Positions 48,095 to 58,900 of a stretch of DNA of 64,000 nt are shown piece by piece (the stretch's first letter is position 1; each line of letters begins with the position of its first letter). This stretch comes from an uncultured archaeon (GTDB lineage: Archaea > Asgardarchaeota > Lokiarchaeia > Sigyniarchaeales > SOKP01). The stretch is taken from assembly GCA_964508365.1 (NCBI GenBank), contig CAZDTP010000005.1:1-64000 (forward strand). Reading direction: 5' to 3'. Under the pieces are notes generated by a model. That model had not been told where the DNA came from. It ran no database searches and worked only from the letters and a program-made list of their open reading frames with translations. A program made the translations under genes and the position numbers.

Positions 48095-48916
48095 ATGAAA
48101 ATTGAAGATATTCAAGATATCATTTATAGGAAGGAAGATAATGGAATCTGTACAATAACAATTAATCAACCTAAAAGGAAAAATGCTATGTCGTTCCTAA
48201 CCTTTTTGGAAATTGAGACTGTGTTAACTGATATGGAAGCAGATAAAAATGCAAAAATATTAATTATTACTGGTTGCGAGGAAGCGAATGCTTTCTCGTC
48301 AGGTGGTTATTTTAACATGAATATTTACCCTCAACTCCCTCCTGAAATATTGAAAGAGATTGATTTAACTGATATTGCTGTAAAAAGGTTATGCATGAAA
48401 TTCTGGTCCTTTTCTAAACCAGTTATAGCTGCTATAAATGGATTAGCGGTAGGTGCGGGATTTACCATGCCTTTAGCCGCAGCTGATTTAATTTACATGG
48501 CTGACGACGCATGGATAGGATTTTACTTTGTAAAACGTGCGGTTATGGCGGAGTTTAGCTCTCATTTTTTACTTCCTTTTTACATAGGTTTTCAGAAAGC
48601 GAAAGAACTGCTCTACTTTGGAAAGAAGATTACTGCTCAAGAGGCTTATGAACTTGGTTTTGTGAACCAAGTTTTACCGCGTGAAAAATTAATGCCTTTT
48701 GTTAGAGAACAAGCTTTAAAATTAATACCTCCTAAAGGACCATCTTTATCAATAAAATTAATGAAAAAAACATTACATGATTATTTTAAGGAAATTTTAT
48801 CAAAAACTCTAGACCTTGAAAACGAAGGCCTGAGAGAACTTTTAACTACACGAGATTTCAGAGAATCATTAAAATCCTTAAGTACTAAAAAAGCTCCAAC
48901 ATTTAAAGGAAAATGA
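48095..48916 (+). CDS. Crotonase-family isomerase (PaaG-like; lacks the two hydratase Glu residues)
   Basis: AFSSGG, KPVIAAINGLAVGAG, AKELLYFG. Confidence 0.88.
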   Translation: MKIEDIQDIIYRKEDNGICTITINQPKRKNAMSFLTFLEIETVLTDMEADKNAKILIITGCEEANAFSSGGYFNMNIYPQLPPEILKEIDLTDIAVKRLCMKFWSFSKPVIAAINGLAVGAGFTMPLAAADLIYMADDAWIGFYFVKRAVMAEFSSHFLLPFYIGFQKAKELLYFGKKITAQEAYELGFVNQVLPREKLMPFVREQALKLIPPKGPSLSIKLMKKTLHDYFKEILSKTLDLENEGLRELLTTRDFRESLKSLSTKKAPTFKGK

Positions 48917-48959
48917 ACTAAATTAGTATCACTACAATGTAAGGTTAATTCTAATTATA

Positions 48960-50480
48960 ATGATAGAACAAAAAATTGGATTTGATAATGAAAAATATCT
49001 AAAGGAACAATCTGAGAGCATCCTAGATCGAGCAGCTCAATTTGGGAATAAATTATACCTTGAATTTGGCGGAAAGCTTGTATACGATTATCACGCTTCA
49101 CGAGTTCTCCCTGGATTCGATCCAAATGTGAAAATGAAGCTTCTAAAGGTGCTTAAGGATAAAATAGAGGTTATTATTTGTATATACTCCGGAGATATAG
49201 AAAGAAGGAAGATCCGAGCAGATTTTGGTATAACTTATGACCTAAATGCAATGAAATTAATCGATGATCTTCGAGATGGAGAAATTAAAGTAAGCGGGGT
49301 GGTTGTTACACGTTACAATGGACAACAAGTAGTAAAACAATTTTTGAATAAACTAGAGCGCCGTAATATTAAGGTTTATACGCATAAGTTAATTAGAGGT
49401 TATCCAACTAATATTGATTTAATTATAAGTGAAGAGGGGTATGGTACTAATCCCTACATAGAAACTTCCAAACCAATAATAATAGTTACTGCACCCGGTC
49501 CTGGTAGTGGAAAATTAGCAACATGTCTTTCACAAATATATCACGAACACACAAGGGGGATAGATGCGGGTTATGCTAAATTTGAGGTGTTTCCAATTTG
49601 GAATTTACCATTAAAACACCCCGTAAATATGGCGTATGAATCTGCAACTGCTGACCTTGGTGATTTTAATCAAGTAGATCCTTTTCATCTTGAAGCTTAT
49701 AATATAATGGCAGTTAACTATAACAGAGATGTAGAGATTTTTCCAGTAGTTAAGAAAATAATGCAAAGAATTATGGATAGCAGATTAGTCTATAAATCAC
49801 CTACAGATATGGGCGTAAATAAAGCAGGTTTTGCGATAATTGATGATAATCTGGTGCAACAAGCCGCAAGACAGGAACTCATCAGAAGATATCTACGATA
49901 TAGTTGTGAATATGCGATTGGCGTTTCAGATAAGATGACTGTTCAAAGAGCGGAATTGTTGATGAAAGAACTAAATCTCACTGTACTTGATCGAAAAGTT
50001 GTAAATGAGGCTCGACAGGCTTCTATAGCTGCTAAAAAAAAAGGGAAAGGGAACGAAGGGGTATTTGCTGGAGCTGCATTACAATTGGCAAATGGAAAAA
50101 TTATGACTGGTAGCAATTCTCCTTTGATGCATGCGGCTTCAAGTTTAATCCTAAATACCTTAAAAGAATTGGCGGGTATTCCTAAAAATATACATCTTCT
50201 ATCTCCCAATATTTTGGAATCCATTAGTTATTTAAAATCGGAAATTTTCAATAACAAACGATTAAGTCTCAATCTTGAAGAAACTCTAATAGCTTTAAGC
50301 ATCAGTGCTGATTTCAACCATTCTGCTAAGGTAGCCATAGATAAACTTAAAGAATTAAGTGGATGTGAAATGCACTCGACTCATATACCCACTCCTGGAG
50401 ATGAAGCTGGTTTGAGACGATTAGGTCTAAATATAACATCTGATCCAAACTTTTCATCGAATAGCCTATTTATAACCTAA
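48960..50480 (+). CDS. DUF1846 family protein
   Basis: IGFDNEKYL, LYLEFGGKL.YDYHASRVLPGF, APGPGSGK, YKSPTDMGVN. Confidence 0.9.
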   Translation: MIEQKIGFDNEKYLKEQSESILDRAAQFGNKLYLEFGGKLVYDYHASRVLPGFDPNVKMKLLKVLKDKIEVIICIYSGDIERRKIRADFGITYDLNAMKLIDDLRDGEIKVSGVVVTRYNGQQVVKQFLNKLERRNIKVYTHKLIRGYPTNIDLIISEEGYGTNPYIETSKPIIIVTAPGPGSGKLATCLSQIYHEHTRGIDAGYAKFEVFPIWNLPLKHPVNMAYESATADLGDFNQVDPFHLEAYNIMAVNYNRDVEIFPVVKKIMQRIMDSRLVYKSPTDMGVNKAGFAIIDDNLVQQAARQELIRRYLRYSCEYAIGVSDKMTVQRAELLMKELNLTVLDRKVVNEARQASIAAKKKGKGNEGVFAGAALQLANGKIMTGSNSPLMHAASSLILNTLKELAGIPKNIHLLSPNILESISYLKSEIFNNKRLSLNLEETLIALSISADFNHSAKVAIDKLKELSGCEMHSTHIPTPGDEAGLRRLGLNITSDPNFSSNSLFIT

Positions 50481-50605
50481 TTCTTTTACATCAATATCTA
50501 GTTTTGAGATAATCTCGAAATTCTTATTAAATGTGTTTGATATTTAATATTTTTATAATAAAATTATTATTATTTTTGATCCCATCAGAGAAGTGTAATA
50601 TAAAA

Positions 50606-52297
50606 TTGACAGCTGCGATTAACAGTAATACTCGATTTATATTCGTTACGGGAGGTGTAATGTCAGCCGTAGGAAAAGGTGTAGCTACAGCAAGTTTAGG
50701 AAAAGTACTCCAATTCCGGGGATTCAACATCTCTGTAGTTAAAATTGATCCTTACCTAAATGTTGATCCAGGAACACTTAATCCAATAGAACATGGCGAA
50801 TGTTTTATAACCGAAGATGTATGGGACTTTACACCTGTCCATGGATCAGACGAAAGGTCCTATAGAATCTCTGAAATAGACCAAGATTTTGGAACATATT
50901 CAAGATTCCTTGGTATTGAGATGCATCCTTCCCATAATATCACTTCTGGTCAAATTTATCTCTCAACAATTTTAAGTGAGAGAAAAGGTAAATTTTTAGG
51001 TAAGACTGTTCAATTAATTCCTCATGTAACTAACATAATAAAAGAAAGATTAATGGAGATATCCAATAATGAAAATTTAGATGTGCTTTTAATCGAATGT
51101 GGAGGAACTGTAGGCGATTTAGAATCCAGCATTTTTCTAGAAGCTTTTCGTCAAATTAAATTAGAATATCCTAATCGTACAGCCTTAGTTCATGTTACAC
51201 TTGTTCCATATTCTCGCGCAGTTGGTCAACAAAAGTCTAAACCAACTCAACATTCTGTTAAAATGCTTCAAAGTATGGGATTACAGCCAGATATAATAAT
51301 AGGTAGGAGTGAAAAACCTCTCACAGATGATATAAGATCAAAAATATCCCTTTATTCGAATGTTCCAGAAGCCGCAGTAATTTCGAATCCTGATTTAAAT
51401 ATCGTATATGAGCTACCTATATTATTTGAAGAACAGGGATTAGGAGACTTTCTCTGCGAGCTAATAGATTTAAAAGCTAAGTTGGTGTCTTATAGCGAAG
51501 TTAATAATTATTCGGAATGGCTTAAAATGGTTGAGATGTATAAGAATGCCAATAAAAAAATAAAAATAGCCATGCCTGGAAAATATTTCAATATCTCCGA
51601 TTCATATATCTCGATAAATGACGCCTTAGAGCACGCTGCAGCTCATCAAGGCTATAAGATAGAATTGAAAATGATAAATATAACGGAAGAAACAAACATA
51701 GAAGAGGAGTTAAGGGATTGCGATGGAATACTATTAACCCCTGGATTTGGAGAGAGAGCTGTTGAAGGAATGATTCAGTCGGCAGAATATGCTATGGCTG
51801 AAAAGGTGCCATTTTTAGGCATCTGTTTTGGTGCTCAACTATTTTATGTAGCCTTTTGTCGAAAATATTTGGGGTTAAAAGGTGCAAACTCGACTGAAAT
51901 CAACCCAGACACACCCTACCCTGTTATCGATCTTCTTGAAAGTCAGAAAGTTGTTACTGAAAAAGGAGGTACAATGAGATTAGGCGCTCATAAAATTGTA
52001 CTTAACGAGGGTACGAAATTATTTGAAACATATAAACAAAATGAGATAAAAGAACGATTTAGGCATAGATATCACATACAAGAAAGATATTTAACTGAAG
52101 AAGCAAAACAAAAAGGCTTAATTGTATCGAGTAGAGATGAAACTGGAAAAATTATTAATAGTATTGAGTTAAATAGGGAAGATCATTGGATGGTTGGAGT
52201 ACAATTTCATCCCGAGTTTAAATCACGACCATATGCTGCGAGTCCTTGTTATACGGCATTCATCAAAGCTTGTATATCCTATAAGAATTGTAAATAA
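50606..52297 (+). CDS. pyrG: CTP synthase
   Basis: FVTGGVMSAVGKG, KIDPYLNVDPGT, GICFG (nucleophile Cys), QFHPEF. Start placed at TTG 50606; ORF-track start is 50531. Confidence 0.97.
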   Translation: MTAAINSNTRFIFVTGGVMSAVGKGVATASLGKVLQFRGFNISVVKIDPYLNVDPGTLNPIEHGECFITEDVWDFTPVHGSDERSYRISEIDQDFGTYSRFLGIEMHPSHNITSGQIYLSTILSERKGKFLGKTVQLIPHVTNIIKERLMEISNNENLDVLLIECGGTVGDLESSIFLEAFRQIKLEYPNRTALVHVTLVPYSRAVGQQKSKPTQHSVKMLQSMGLQPDIIIGRSEKPLTDDIRSKISLYSNVPEAAVISNPDLNIVYELPILFEEQGLGDFLCELIDLKAKLVSYSEVNNYSEWLKMVEMYKNANKKIKIAMPGKYFNISDSYISINDALEHAAAHQGYKIELKMINITEETNIEEELRDCDGILLTPGFGERAVEGMIQSAEYAMAEKVPFLGICFGAQLFYVAFCRKYLGLKGANSTEINPDTPYPVIDLLESQKVVTEKGGTMRLGAHKIVLNEGTKLFETYKQNEIKERFRHRYHIQERYLTEEAKQKGLIVSSRDETGKIINSIELNREDHWMVGVQFHPEFKSRPYAASPCYTAFIKACISYKNCK

Positions 52298-52371
52298 ACC
52301 AGATAGATAAGAGAATCAAATCATTTTTATAAATAATAATCGAATTAAATAAGAAAATTAAAAAAAGATTG

Positions 52372-53823
52372 TTATTCTGAGTTTATATCAAGGATTCTCT
52401 TAACTAAATTTTTCTTTTCCTCTAGATTTGCTTGGCGAGAAATCATGATTCTCTGAGCTTGAGGAGAACCTGCTCCATGCATAGATTCTGTTCGATAACT
52501 CACAGAAGCAACTCCCATTGTGAGATTTTCAATGAACCGAAGTACTTTATATCGATCTTCAGTGCACATTCCTTCACATGTCGTTAAATACTTCTCGATT
52601 AAAGGACCTATCTCCTTCGACTTGAGATCAGCCTCAGAGGGCATTGTACATATCATTCCTCCTGCAATATCTTCAGCTAATCTCCCGATCTCGTAGGGAA
52701 AGCGCGTGACATTTAGTTTACATACATTTGCTAATAACATGTCCATTTCATAATTACCTGACTCTCGTTGGAAACCTAGTGAACTACAAGCTATTCCACA
52801 ACTATACAAAGTTTCATTTAAATGGGTCATCTCAACTATTTTATCTTTTATGTGTGATGCATTTTGGGTTCCATTATATTCTGAAATTAATGCAGTTGCT
52901 CCTATTAACACATCTCCTACTCCAACCTTACATCCCCCATAAGATTGTCGATGAAATCCCGCAAAACGGTTAACTAGTTCTCCAGAAAATTCAACTTCAC
53001 CGTTCATAAAAATATTTTCTTTAGGTACAAACACATTATCAAATACTACGAAAATTTCTTGACCACCGTACTTAAAATTTCCAATATCTAACTCACCAGG
53101 TTCCATTTTTCGTGTATCACAAGATTGCCTTCCATAAATCATTGTAATTCCTTTTGCATTTGTGTCTATTCCAAAGCTTACTGCATAATCCTCCTCTCCT
53201 TGTCTTAGAGAAAGCGTGGGCATGATAATAGCTCGATGCGAGTTTAAGAATCCAGTTTGATGAACTTTAGCTCCTCGAACAATGATTCCATCCTCGTTAG
53301 AATCTATGACATGTAAGAATCCATCGGGATCTGGTTGATCTTTCGGTCTTTTACTCCTATCGCCTTTTGTATCTGTCATTGCTCCATCAACCATGAGGTC
53401 GTGATTTTGGACTTCAATCCAATAATTTTTAAATCTGGAATGGTAATTTGTACCATATTTTTTGTCAATTTCATGAGTCACGCTATATAATGCATTAGCA
53501 GTATCAAACCCTACACATCTTTGGAAGCAGCAGGCAGTTTGCTGTCCTAATAATCGTTGCATTTTGACTTTATTAACCAAATCTTCAATCGATTGATGTA
53601 TGTGAGTAAATCGATTGATTAATTCTCCGGTTAAATGAGATTTTGTAGTCATTAAATCTTTATACTCGTCCATCTGAGCTAATTCATAAATTTTCATAAC
53701 GGTGTTTATCGAAGGTTTAATGATTGGATGATTCCAAAATTCTTCTACTTTTTCACCGAACATATACAGATTAACAGGTCGCTGGATGCTTTTTAAATAC
53801 TCTTCGGGGGTTTTTAATGTCAT
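52372..53823 (-). CDS. abfD: 4-hydroxybutyryl-CoA dehydratase / vinylacetyl-CoA isomerase
   Basis: TACCFQRCVG, FHRQSYGGCK, ESMHGAGSPQAQR Fe-S and FAD motifs. Confidence 0.9.
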   Translation of the reverse strand: MTLKTPEEYLKSIQRPVNLYMFGEKVEEFWNHPIIKPSINTVMKIYELAQMDEYKDLMTTKSHLTGELINRFTHIHQSIEDLVNKVKMQRLLGQQTACCFQRCVGFDTANALYSVTHEIDKKYGTNYHSRFKNYWIEVQNHDLMVDGAMTDTKGDRSKRPKDQPDPDGFLHVIDSNEDGIIVRGAKVHQTGFLNSHRAIIMPTLSLRQGEEDYAVSFGIDTNAKGITMIYGRQSCDTRKMEPGELDIGNFKYGGQEIFVVFDNVFVPKENIFMNGEVEFSGELVNRFAGFHRQSYGGCKVGVGDVLIGATALISEYNGTQNASHIKDKIVEMTHLNETLYSCGIACSSLGFQRESGNYEMDMLLANVCKLNVTRFPYEIGRLAEDIAGGMICTMPSEADLKSKEIGPLIEKYLTTCEGMCTEDRYKVLRFIENLTMGVASVSYRTESMHGAGSPQAQRIMISRQANLEEKKNLVKRILDINSE

Positions 53824-53898
53824 TTTTATTAGTTTTCCTATCTTTTTGTTATAATTACATATATCTCAATTAGTTATTAAAAATGATTCTAATATTTG

Positions 53899-54552
53899 TT
53901 AACTTTTTCCTACTGGACAAGATTCAATGCATTTATTACACCAAATCACAGTATTTTCTGACAAATTTTTTAAATTCTTCAGGCAATAATTAAGGCATAA
54001 CTCTTTATTATACTTTCCTTCTTCTAGAGCGCCAGCAGGACAAGAATCAAGGCAAATGTCACAATTTCCACAATAAGCGCTCTCATGAATAGGTGTACCG
54101 TAGGATAATTCTGCTACAGTTACCAATGCCCTTAATCTTATTTGAGATCCAAAGGTTTTTGTAATAAGGAGATTGTTTTTTCCAATCGGACCAATTCCAG
54201 CTAGCGCAGCAGCATCTTTTAAGTATAATCCTGGTTTATAAGGAATAACTTCTGATTTGAAACCTTTTTTAGCTAAAAAACTCTTGATTTGATGGCATTG
54301 ATCCAGTAAAATTGAATCAGCAAAATGATAACTTTTTCCTTTCTTTTCGTCTTTACTCCAAGCATCTAGACTAAGATCGTATAAGTGAAATCCAATTACG
54401 ATTACAGTTTTAGAATTTTTCAGATATGATTCAGGAGTATGATCCTTATCAAATTTATTGAAATTAGTCGGATCACAAAATCCTACAATATCTATACCTA
54501 TTTTATCACAATAAGCAATAAGTTCATCTGTGAGTTCTTTAATCATTACCAT
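53899..54552 (-). CDS. QueG-like (epoxyqueuosine reductase-like) 4Fe-4S protein
   Basis: KDAAALAGIGPIGKNNL...FGSQIRL, CGNCDICLDSCPAGA, CNKCIESCP. Confidence 0.8.
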   Translation of the reverse strand: MVMIKELTDELIAYCDKIGIDIVGFCDPTNFNKFDKDHTPESYLKNSKTVIVIGFHLYDLSLDAWSKDEKKGKSYHFADSILLDQCHQIKSFLAKKGFKSEVIPYKPGLYLKDAAALAGIGPIGKNNLLITKTFGSQIRLRALVTVAELSYGTPIHESAYCGNCDICLDSCPAGALEEGKYNKELCLNYCLKNLKNLSENTVIWCNKCIESCPVGKS

Positions 54553-54845
54553 AATTTCGCTTTAACTATATAGTATATTATTTATTAAGAGAAAGTAAAA
54601 TTTCATTTAGAATTAAAAAATACGAGAGAACGAACTTTTTTTCGTTAAGTGCTTTTTAACCATTGTTCCTTAATATTATCTATATAAATTTTTAATTCAA
54701 TATAAAATGAAACCAAATAATTTATACCTATTTTTAATGAGAGATTAAGCTAATGCAAACAATAATTTATCCAGTTAATAAATAAGCTTAAAAAATGTAA
54801 CTTGTTATCTATATGTTAAGAATATAAAAGAAGATAAATACATTT

Positions 54846-55985
54846 TTGTCGATGCTATACAAGAAAGAAAGACCAGCAATTTTAATGTTTAAAGATGGTC
54901 GTTATTTCGAAGGGATTGGATTTGGAGCGACTAAAAAAGTATATGGGGAAATTGTATTCACGACAATTACGGGTGCTGGATATAATGAAACTCTAACTGA
55001 TCCTTCATATAAGGGACAAATAGTAGTTATGACTCATCCCCTGGTTGGAAATTACGGCGTTCCTGCTTGGGAAAAAGATTCACACGGGATTCATAAATAT
55101 TTTGAATCAGATTCGATAAAAGTAAGTGGATTTGTCGTTAACGAATGCTGCAAAAATCCTAGCCATTACGAAAGCGTGAAAACCCTAAACGAATTTCTAT
55201 TGGAAGAAAACATTCCTGGAATCGAATGGATAGACACCAGAGCAATTACAAAACTATTAAGGGAAGAAGGAGTGCAATTAGGAATGCTAGCAGTTTTCAA
55301 CCCAGGAGAATCTCCTAACTTAGATATTTTGAAAGAAGAAGTCAAAAAAGTGGAAGACCCAAACCTTAGACACTTAGTAAGCGAGGTATCCACTAAAGAA
55401 GTTAAAATATTTACTCCCTTAAATCCTAAAGGTAAAGTAGTGGTATTAGATTTAGGAGTAAAGAATAATATCTTAAGAAATTTCTTACAGAGAAAAATCG
55501 AAGTAATATTAGTACCGTATAATTATACATTTGAAATGATTTTGTCTTACAAACCAAATGGAGTATTTATTTCCAATGGTCCCGGAGATCCTGCAAAATA
55601 TAAAAATGCTATTGAAGTCGCTCAAGAATTAATCAATAATAGCATCCCTACAATGGGTATCTGTTTAGGAAACCAAATAATTGGTCTGGGTGCGGGGGGT
55701 TCATCTTACAAATTAAAATACGGTCATAGAGGAGGGAATAAGACCGTTATAAACGGTAAAACAAACAAATGTTATATCACCTCACAAAATCACGGTTATT
55801 GTGTAAAAGAATTCAATCAAGGAGGGTTTTCAGAATTTCTTTATAATATCGACGATAAATCTAATGAAGGAATAATTCATGAAAGTAAACCTATTTTTGC
55901 TGTTCAATTTCACCCTGAAGCCTCGCCTGGGCCTTTAGACTCGCTTTATCTTTTTGATAACTTTATTAACTTAATGGGGCTATGA
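54846..55985 (+). CDS. carA: Carbamoyl-phosphate synthase small subunit
   Basis: GEIVFTT, LTDPSYKGQ, SNGPGDP, GICLG, SQNHG, QFHPEASPGP. Confidence 0.97.
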   Translation: MSMLYKKERPAILMFKDGRYFEGIGFGATKKVYGEIVFTTITGAGYNETLTDPSYKGQIVVMTHPLVGNYGVPAWEKDSHGIHKYFESDSIKVSGFVVNECCKNPSHYESVKTLNEFLLEENIPGIEWIDTRAITKLLREEGVQLGMLAVFNPGESPNLDILKEEVKKVEDPNLRHLVSEVSTKEVKIFTPLNPKGKVVVLDLGVKNNILRNFLQRKIEVILVPYNYTFEMILSYKPNGVFISNGPGDPAKYKNAIEVAQELINNSIPTMGICLGNQIIGLGAGGSSYKLKYGHRGGNKTVINGKTNKCYITSQNHGYCVKEFNQGGFSEFLYNIDDKSNEGIIHESKPIFAVQFHPEASPGPLDSLYLFDNFINLMGL

Positions 55986-55989
55986 TTTC

Positions 55990-58900
55990 ATGCCGTTAGA
56001 TAAATCGATTAAAATAGCGCTAGTTCTAGGGTCTGGGGGAATTCGGATTGGACAAGCTGGAGAATTTGATTATTCTGGAAGTCAAGTTCTTAAGGCCCTG
56101 AAAGAAGAGGGTATTAAAACAATACTTATCAACCCAAATATTGCAACAATCCAAACTGACCCTGAGTTATCTGATCAAGTCTACTTGCTCCCAATAAATG
56201 TAAAATATGTCGAAGAAGTTATAAAGAAAGAAAAACCTGATGGGATTATATTAGCGTTTGGTGGGCAAACAGCTTTGAATGTTGGAGTCGAGCTAAAAGA
56301 GCAAGGAATATTAGAAAAATATAATATACGCGTTCTTGGTACGCCGATAGAAGCGATCGAGGTTACAGAAGATCGAGATTTATTCGTAAAAGCTATGAAT
56401 AAAGCAGATGCAAAAGTGTGCCAAAGTAAAGCGGTAACATCATATAAAGAGGCGATTAAAGTAGCTCAAGAATTTGGTTTTCCTTTAATGCTCCGAGTAG
56501 CTTATACTTTAGGAGGTAGAGGTTCAGGTATCATTGATGATATGAAAGATTTCGAAAGAATGGCAAAAAAAGGGTTAGCCCAATCAAGGATTAACCAAAT
56601 CTTAATCGAGGAATCCGTTTGGGGTTGGAAAGAAGTTGAATACGAAGTGGTACGAGATTCTGCGGATAATTGCTTTATAAACTGTAACATGGAAAATTTT
56701 GATCCTGTGGGAATTCATACAGGAGAGAGTATTGTAGTTGCACCGAGTCAAACTTTAACTAATGAAGAATATCATATGTTACGCTCTGCGTCAATCCGGG
56801 TTATCAGAAGTCTTGGGATCATTGGTGAATGCAACATTCAATATGCGTTAAATCCCTTTTCAAAAGAATTTCGTGTAATTGAAGTTAATGCCCGTCTTTC
56901 AAGATCGTCCGCATTAGCTTCAAAGGCAACAGGATACCCCTTAGCATACATTGCCGCTAAACTGGCCATAGGATATAATTTACCTGAGTTAAAAAATAAG
57001 ATTACTGGTATAACTACAGCTTGTTTTGAACCAGCCTTGGACTACTTAGTTCTTAAAATTCCCCGATGGGATTTAACTAAATTTCAGAAGGTGGATCGCC
57101 GTATTGGAAGTCAGATGAAATCCGTTGGAGAAGTGATGGCCATAGGGAGAACTTTTGAAGAAGTTCTCCAAAAAGCAGTAAGAATGTTAGATATCGGTAT
57201 GAAAGGATTAGTAGCGAATGATTTAGAAGAAATTGAAGATATAAACGAATTAAAATATGCGTTAAGAAACCCCACTGACTTAAGGCTTTTTAGAATTGCT
57301 GAAGCGATCAAGAGAGGCATATCAATAGATGAGATATATCGATTATCAAGAGTAGATAAGTGGTTTTTGTATAAATTAAAAAATATTGTAGATCTTAACC
57401 GTCAAATCCAAGACATTGAATTACTTGAATCAGATGATAATACGAAAAAATATTGGTTAGAAAGAGCTAAAAGATATGGTTTTTCAGATGGACAGATTGC
57501 TAAAATAATGGGTGTCGATTCAATTTTCATTCGACAAATGAGAAGAAGATTAAATATTCAGCCTTATGTTAAAAGAATTGACACATTAGCAGCTGAATGG
57601 CCTGCCGTGACTAATTATCTTTACCTTACTTACAGTGCTTCTGAACACGACATTGATTTTGAAAGCGAATATAAATCTAACCTTACAAAAGTTATAGTGT
57701 TAGGTTCAGGGACTTATCGTATTGGTGCTTCTGTGGAATTTGATTGGGGGTCGGTCAATTGTTTATGGGGATTAAAAAAGCTAGGAATAGATCAGGCAAT
57801 AATGATAAATTATAATCCAGAAACAGTATCGACTGATTACGATATATCCGATAAGCTTTATTTTGAAGAATTATCTGGAGAAAGAGTGCTGGACATTTGC
57901 GAGCTTGAAAAAGCTGATGGTTTAGTAGTTTCTGCAGGAGGGCAAATAGCTAATAACTTGGCCGCTAAATTTTCTAAGTATTCCGATTTTTTTAGAAAGA
58001 CAAGCATAAAAATTCTCGGTACTCACGGAACGCGTATAGATATGGCGGAAGATAGGAGCAAGTTCAGCACTTTATTAGATCAATTACATATTAAGCAACC
58101 CGAATGGAATGCTTTGACTACTAAAGAAGAAGCCATTGAATTTGCTCAGAAAGTTGGTTACCCTATACTAGTTAGGCCTTCATATGTATTAAGTGGCGCC
58201 GCTATGAGGGTCTCCTATGACGAAAAGACGCTTCAAGATACCTTAGACCTCGCGGCATCTATATCAAGCGAATATCCCGTTGTCATAACTAAATTTTTTA
58301 TTAATGCCCGAGAAATTGAGTGTGATGGCGTATGCGATGGTGAAAATGTGCTTATCGGTGCAATTGTAGAACATATTGAGAATGCTGGGATTCATAGTGG
58401 AGATGCAACTATGGTTATACCACCACAGACGGTATCCAAAGAAGTTATATCAAAAATTGAAGATTATACCAAAAAAATCGCCTTGGCATTAAAAATTCAC
58501 GGTCCTTTTAATGTTCAATATCTTGTTAAAAATAACGAGGTTTATGTTATTGAATGTAATCTGCGCTCAAGTCGAAGTATGCCTTATGTTTCCAAATCTC
58601 GGGGAATTAATTTAATGAGACTTGCAGCTGAAGTTATTATGGGCGGTAAAATTCCAAAAAGGTTAATGAATCTTCCTTTAGGAGACTATGTTTCAATTAA
58701 AGCCCCTATGTTTTCTTTTATGAGACTTGACAAAGCTGATCCCGTTCTGGGCGTAGAAATGAGCTCTACAGGAGAAGTAGCATGTATCGGAGAAGACTTT
58801 CCAGATGCATTGATGAAATCATTAGAAGCTGCTGATATGAATGTTCCAATAGAGGGAGGAAATATATTAATTTCGGTAGGTGGAGAAAAGTTGAAAAATG

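Noticed and set aside
50531-50605. Hydrophobic 25-aa N-terminal extension of PyrG (signal-like)
   Set aside because: AT-rich spacer read-through; TTG 50606 gives a normal PyrG N-terminus.
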